Sequence record: PQ400057.1
Reading direction: 5' to 3' (one strand)
DNA: 32,592 bases
Origin: a phage
Of this stretch, positions 30,508 through 32,592 are shown piece after piece (within the stretch, counting starts at the first letter, position 1; each line of letters begins with the position of its first letter). A model generated the notes under the pieces. It worked only from the letters and a program-made list of their open reading frames with translations. It ran no database searches and was not told where the DNA came from. Both the position numbers and the translations under genes were made by a program.

Positions 30508-30747
30508 TAGTCACTCAGATTTTTATGGTATATTTTAAAGGACCCTCTAGGAACTCCCTATGCCCTCTCTAAGACCCTCTTTAGGTTCCACTGATAGGAG
30601 GGCCTATCTTTAGGTATAGACCTTACGGATAGACCATTAGAGGCTCTTTATGGGTATACCTTAAGACTTGACTCTATAGGGATGAAGTGGTGTGATGCAA
30701 TCATACCGCTGAATCCCTCGGTGAGCCATCAGTCGGTCAGGAAGACC

Positions 30748-30897
30748 CTAATCGCTACAAGTGAGTAGAGAGCAAACTGTAGACTCCAGTGAACTGAGGT
30801 CTCCAGTAAGAGATGCGTACCCAAGGGCAGCACAAAGTACCACAAGAAATCGGTAGGTGACTCTATGCCGCAACAAGGTCAACAATAAGCGGAACAT
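30748..30897 (-). CDS. 19.5: gene 19.5 protein (49 aa)
   Basis: The ORF MFRLLLTLLRHRVTYRFLVVLCAALGYASLTGDLSSLESTVCSLLTCSD, with AAAGGAGGG upstream, lies downstream of phiOR and matches T7 gp19.5. It is not on the ORF track. Confidence 0.7.
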   Translation of the reverse strand: MFRLLLTLLRHRVTYRFLVVLCAALGYASLTGDLSSLESTVCSLLTCSD

Positions 30898-31051
30898 GAG
30901 TCTCCCTCCTTTATGTTGGTCTTTAAGTTAAGGTGATATTAATACAATATAATCACCATTCTTGGAGGTCACTTTAGGTACACCATTATGCATACTTTAT
31001 GCACTCTATAAGTATTCATTCAGTATCTATATAGTAACCTTTCGTCCCTCC

Positions 31052-31074
31052 TCTCCCTATAGTGAGTCGTATTA
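31052..31074 (-). promoter_or_regulatory. phage RNAP promoter phiOR (class III consensus) near the genome right end
   Basis: The reverse complement is TAATACGACTCACTATAGGGAGA, between gene 19 and gene 19.5. Confidence 0.8.
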
Positions 31075-31155
31075 ATTTATCGTGTCTTTTCAGTAACTTA
31101 AAGAACTGACCATCCGTGGTCTATAGTGCATCCCTATGCAGTCTCAGTGAATAAA

Positions 31156-32592
31156 TCACCACTCAATGAAAGACGTACCGTAACCCTCATCGTCCTCAGA
31201 GTATACATCAACTCCTCCCACAGACATCTCAATGATGTGCGTAGCAGCGACCGTAGGGCGCATCATGTGCTCCTCAAGGAAGTCAGCAAGCACTTCACCT
31301 TCTACCTTAACGGAATCCAACTGCATGGACTCGCGGAGATACTCAATGCCTAACGCAAGGGCATCCAATCGGTCATCATGTGCCAGAGCGCCTTTCTCAC
31401 GAGTGATACGGGTCATCTGGTAGAACAGTGAATACTTAACGTCATGCTTACCGTCTACGTCACGAGCGGACTGGTAGTCGGCCCTAATGACCTCATCACG
31501 AATGACAAGGCGGTGAGTCTGCATGACTGGCTCAAGGGTATCACAAATACGCATCTCCTTCATACCACGAGCACGAATCTCCTCCATTGCACAGTTGTGG
31601 TGTTTAAGAAGGATAGGACTGAACACCTTACCAAACATGCCGTCACCGAAGTTACTCTCATAGACGACCGTCTGGACTCCCCATTGCTTAGCTTTCCTAG
31701 CGAGCAACTCAAGGGTCTTATCGGAGTAACCATCGCGGAAACCTCCAGCTTCCATTAGGTAGATGTAACCGTTCAGGGTGAACAGCACAGCGTAACCTGT
31801 TTCGTCCTTACCGCGACCACTAGGGTCAATGACCAGAATCTTCTGTTGGTACTGACCAGAGTTGTTGGAGCAATCATGGTAAGTATGCAGGTCATCACCC
31901 TTAAGGCCAACGTTAGGAAGGTCCTCAATGATGTTCTGACGGTTCGGAAGCCATTGGTAATGCATTGGAGCCTTCTCTAAGTCTAAGGCCGCTACGATAG
32001 CGTCACGGAGCCTCAGAGGGTACTTCTCGGCATCACTCAGGTTCGGGTTAAGCATGAACTGTAGTGTGAAGCCAGCCTTACCGTATTCCAACTCACGCTC
32101 ACGGAGGTCCTCTCGGTCGAAGCGCACAGGGTCCGTAGGAGTCCCGGCGAGGGCCTCAGGGTTCTCATCGTACTCAGCACGTAGCATAGGGGCAAGTCGC
32201 TGTGCGTAATAGAGGTTCTCTTCGCGAGTCCTTGGGTACAGAGCAGGCCAGATGATAGTGGTATACCCACGGTTATCCTCAAGTTCCTTATAGAGAGTCA
32301 TCTCGGTCTGAGGTGTGCCAAGGTAGATAACACGAGAGGAAGGCAGCGGTTTAAGCAACGCAGCGAACTCCTGAACTAGAGTCCATAGCTTCTCACGGGC
32401 ACCCATAGTCGCACTGTTAGACGGAATCTCAACATCATCCGCAATGATAATGTCAGCACGGCTACCAGTTAACTGACCAGTGATACCTACCGATTTTACA
32501 CTAGGAGAGTGGTCAGGGTTAGCTGGACCTACATCAAAGCTAATTACAGAATCACGCTGTCCGGGTCTTGGCTTCAATTCAGCAAGGAAAGG
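31156..32592 (-). CDS. 19: terminase large subunit (DNA maturase B), C-terminal part; 5' portion is at window start (1..323)
   Basis: The ORF is open to the window edge and ends ...[17 protein letters not shown], matching the T7 gp19 C-terminus. Upstream codons at the edge ([14 protein letters not shown]) continue the window-start fragment (...[10 protein letters not shown]), with one nucleotide missing across the join. Confidence 0.95.
   Translation of the reverse strand, partial: PFLAELKPRPGQRDSVISFDVGPANPDHSPSVKSVGITGQLTGSRADIIIADDVEIPSNSATMGAREKLWTLVQEFAALLKPLPSSRVIYLGTPQTEMTLYKELEDNRGYTTIIWPALYPRTREENLYYAQRLAPMLRAEYDENPEALAGTPTDPVRFDREDLRERELEYGKAGFTLQFMLNPNLSDAEKYPLRLRDAIVAALDLEKAPMHYQWLPNRQNIIEDLPNVGLKGDDLHTYHDCSNNSGQYQQKILVIDPSGRGKDETGYAVLFTLNGYIYLMEAGGFRDGYSDKTLELLARKAKQWGVQTVVYESNFGDGMFGKVFSPILLKHHNCAMEEIRARGMKEMRICDTLEPVMQTHRLVIRDEVIRADYQSARDVDGKHDVKYSLFYQMTRITREKGALAHDDRLDALALGIEYLRESMQLDSVKVEGEVLADFLEEHMMRPTVAATHIIEMSVGGVDVYSEDDEGYGTSFIEW

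Overview
The window is essentially one complete, circularly permuted unit genome (about 32.6 kb) of a T7-family podophage, shown as the reverse complement of the conventional T7 map. Every real gene is on the minus strand. Reading the minus strand from the window end: gene 19 C-terminal part, phiOR, gene 19.5, right-end/concatemer junction, a terminal-repeat homolog (TCTCACAGTTTACGG...), a start-less HNH endonuclease ORF, DNA ligase 1.3, then the T7 class II and class III genes in canonical order (1.5 to 18.7), ending with the N-terminal part of gene 19 at window position 1. The two window ends are adjacent parts of gene 19, one nucleotide short of in-frame closure. I count 13 phage-RNAP promoters matching the T7 consensus TAATACGACTCACTATAGGGAGA or its class II variant, plus a Tphi-type terminator and the gene 10 frameshift site. 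The main finding is what is absent: there is no single-subunit RNA polymerase gene (gene 1) and no early region at all (no host-RNAP promoters, 0.3/Ocr, 0.7, 1.1, 1.2, primary origin); the terminal repeat abuts a 5'-truncated-looking HNH ORF directly upstream of ligase. Second, the tail fiber gp17 keeps a T7-like N-terminal domain but has a different C-terminal domain and is followed by a lambda-Tfa-like tail fiber assembly gene absent from T7. Gene identities rest on recalled T7 protein sequences and promoter consensus, not on any database search. Coordinates for features not on the ORF track were counted by hand and could be off by a base or two.
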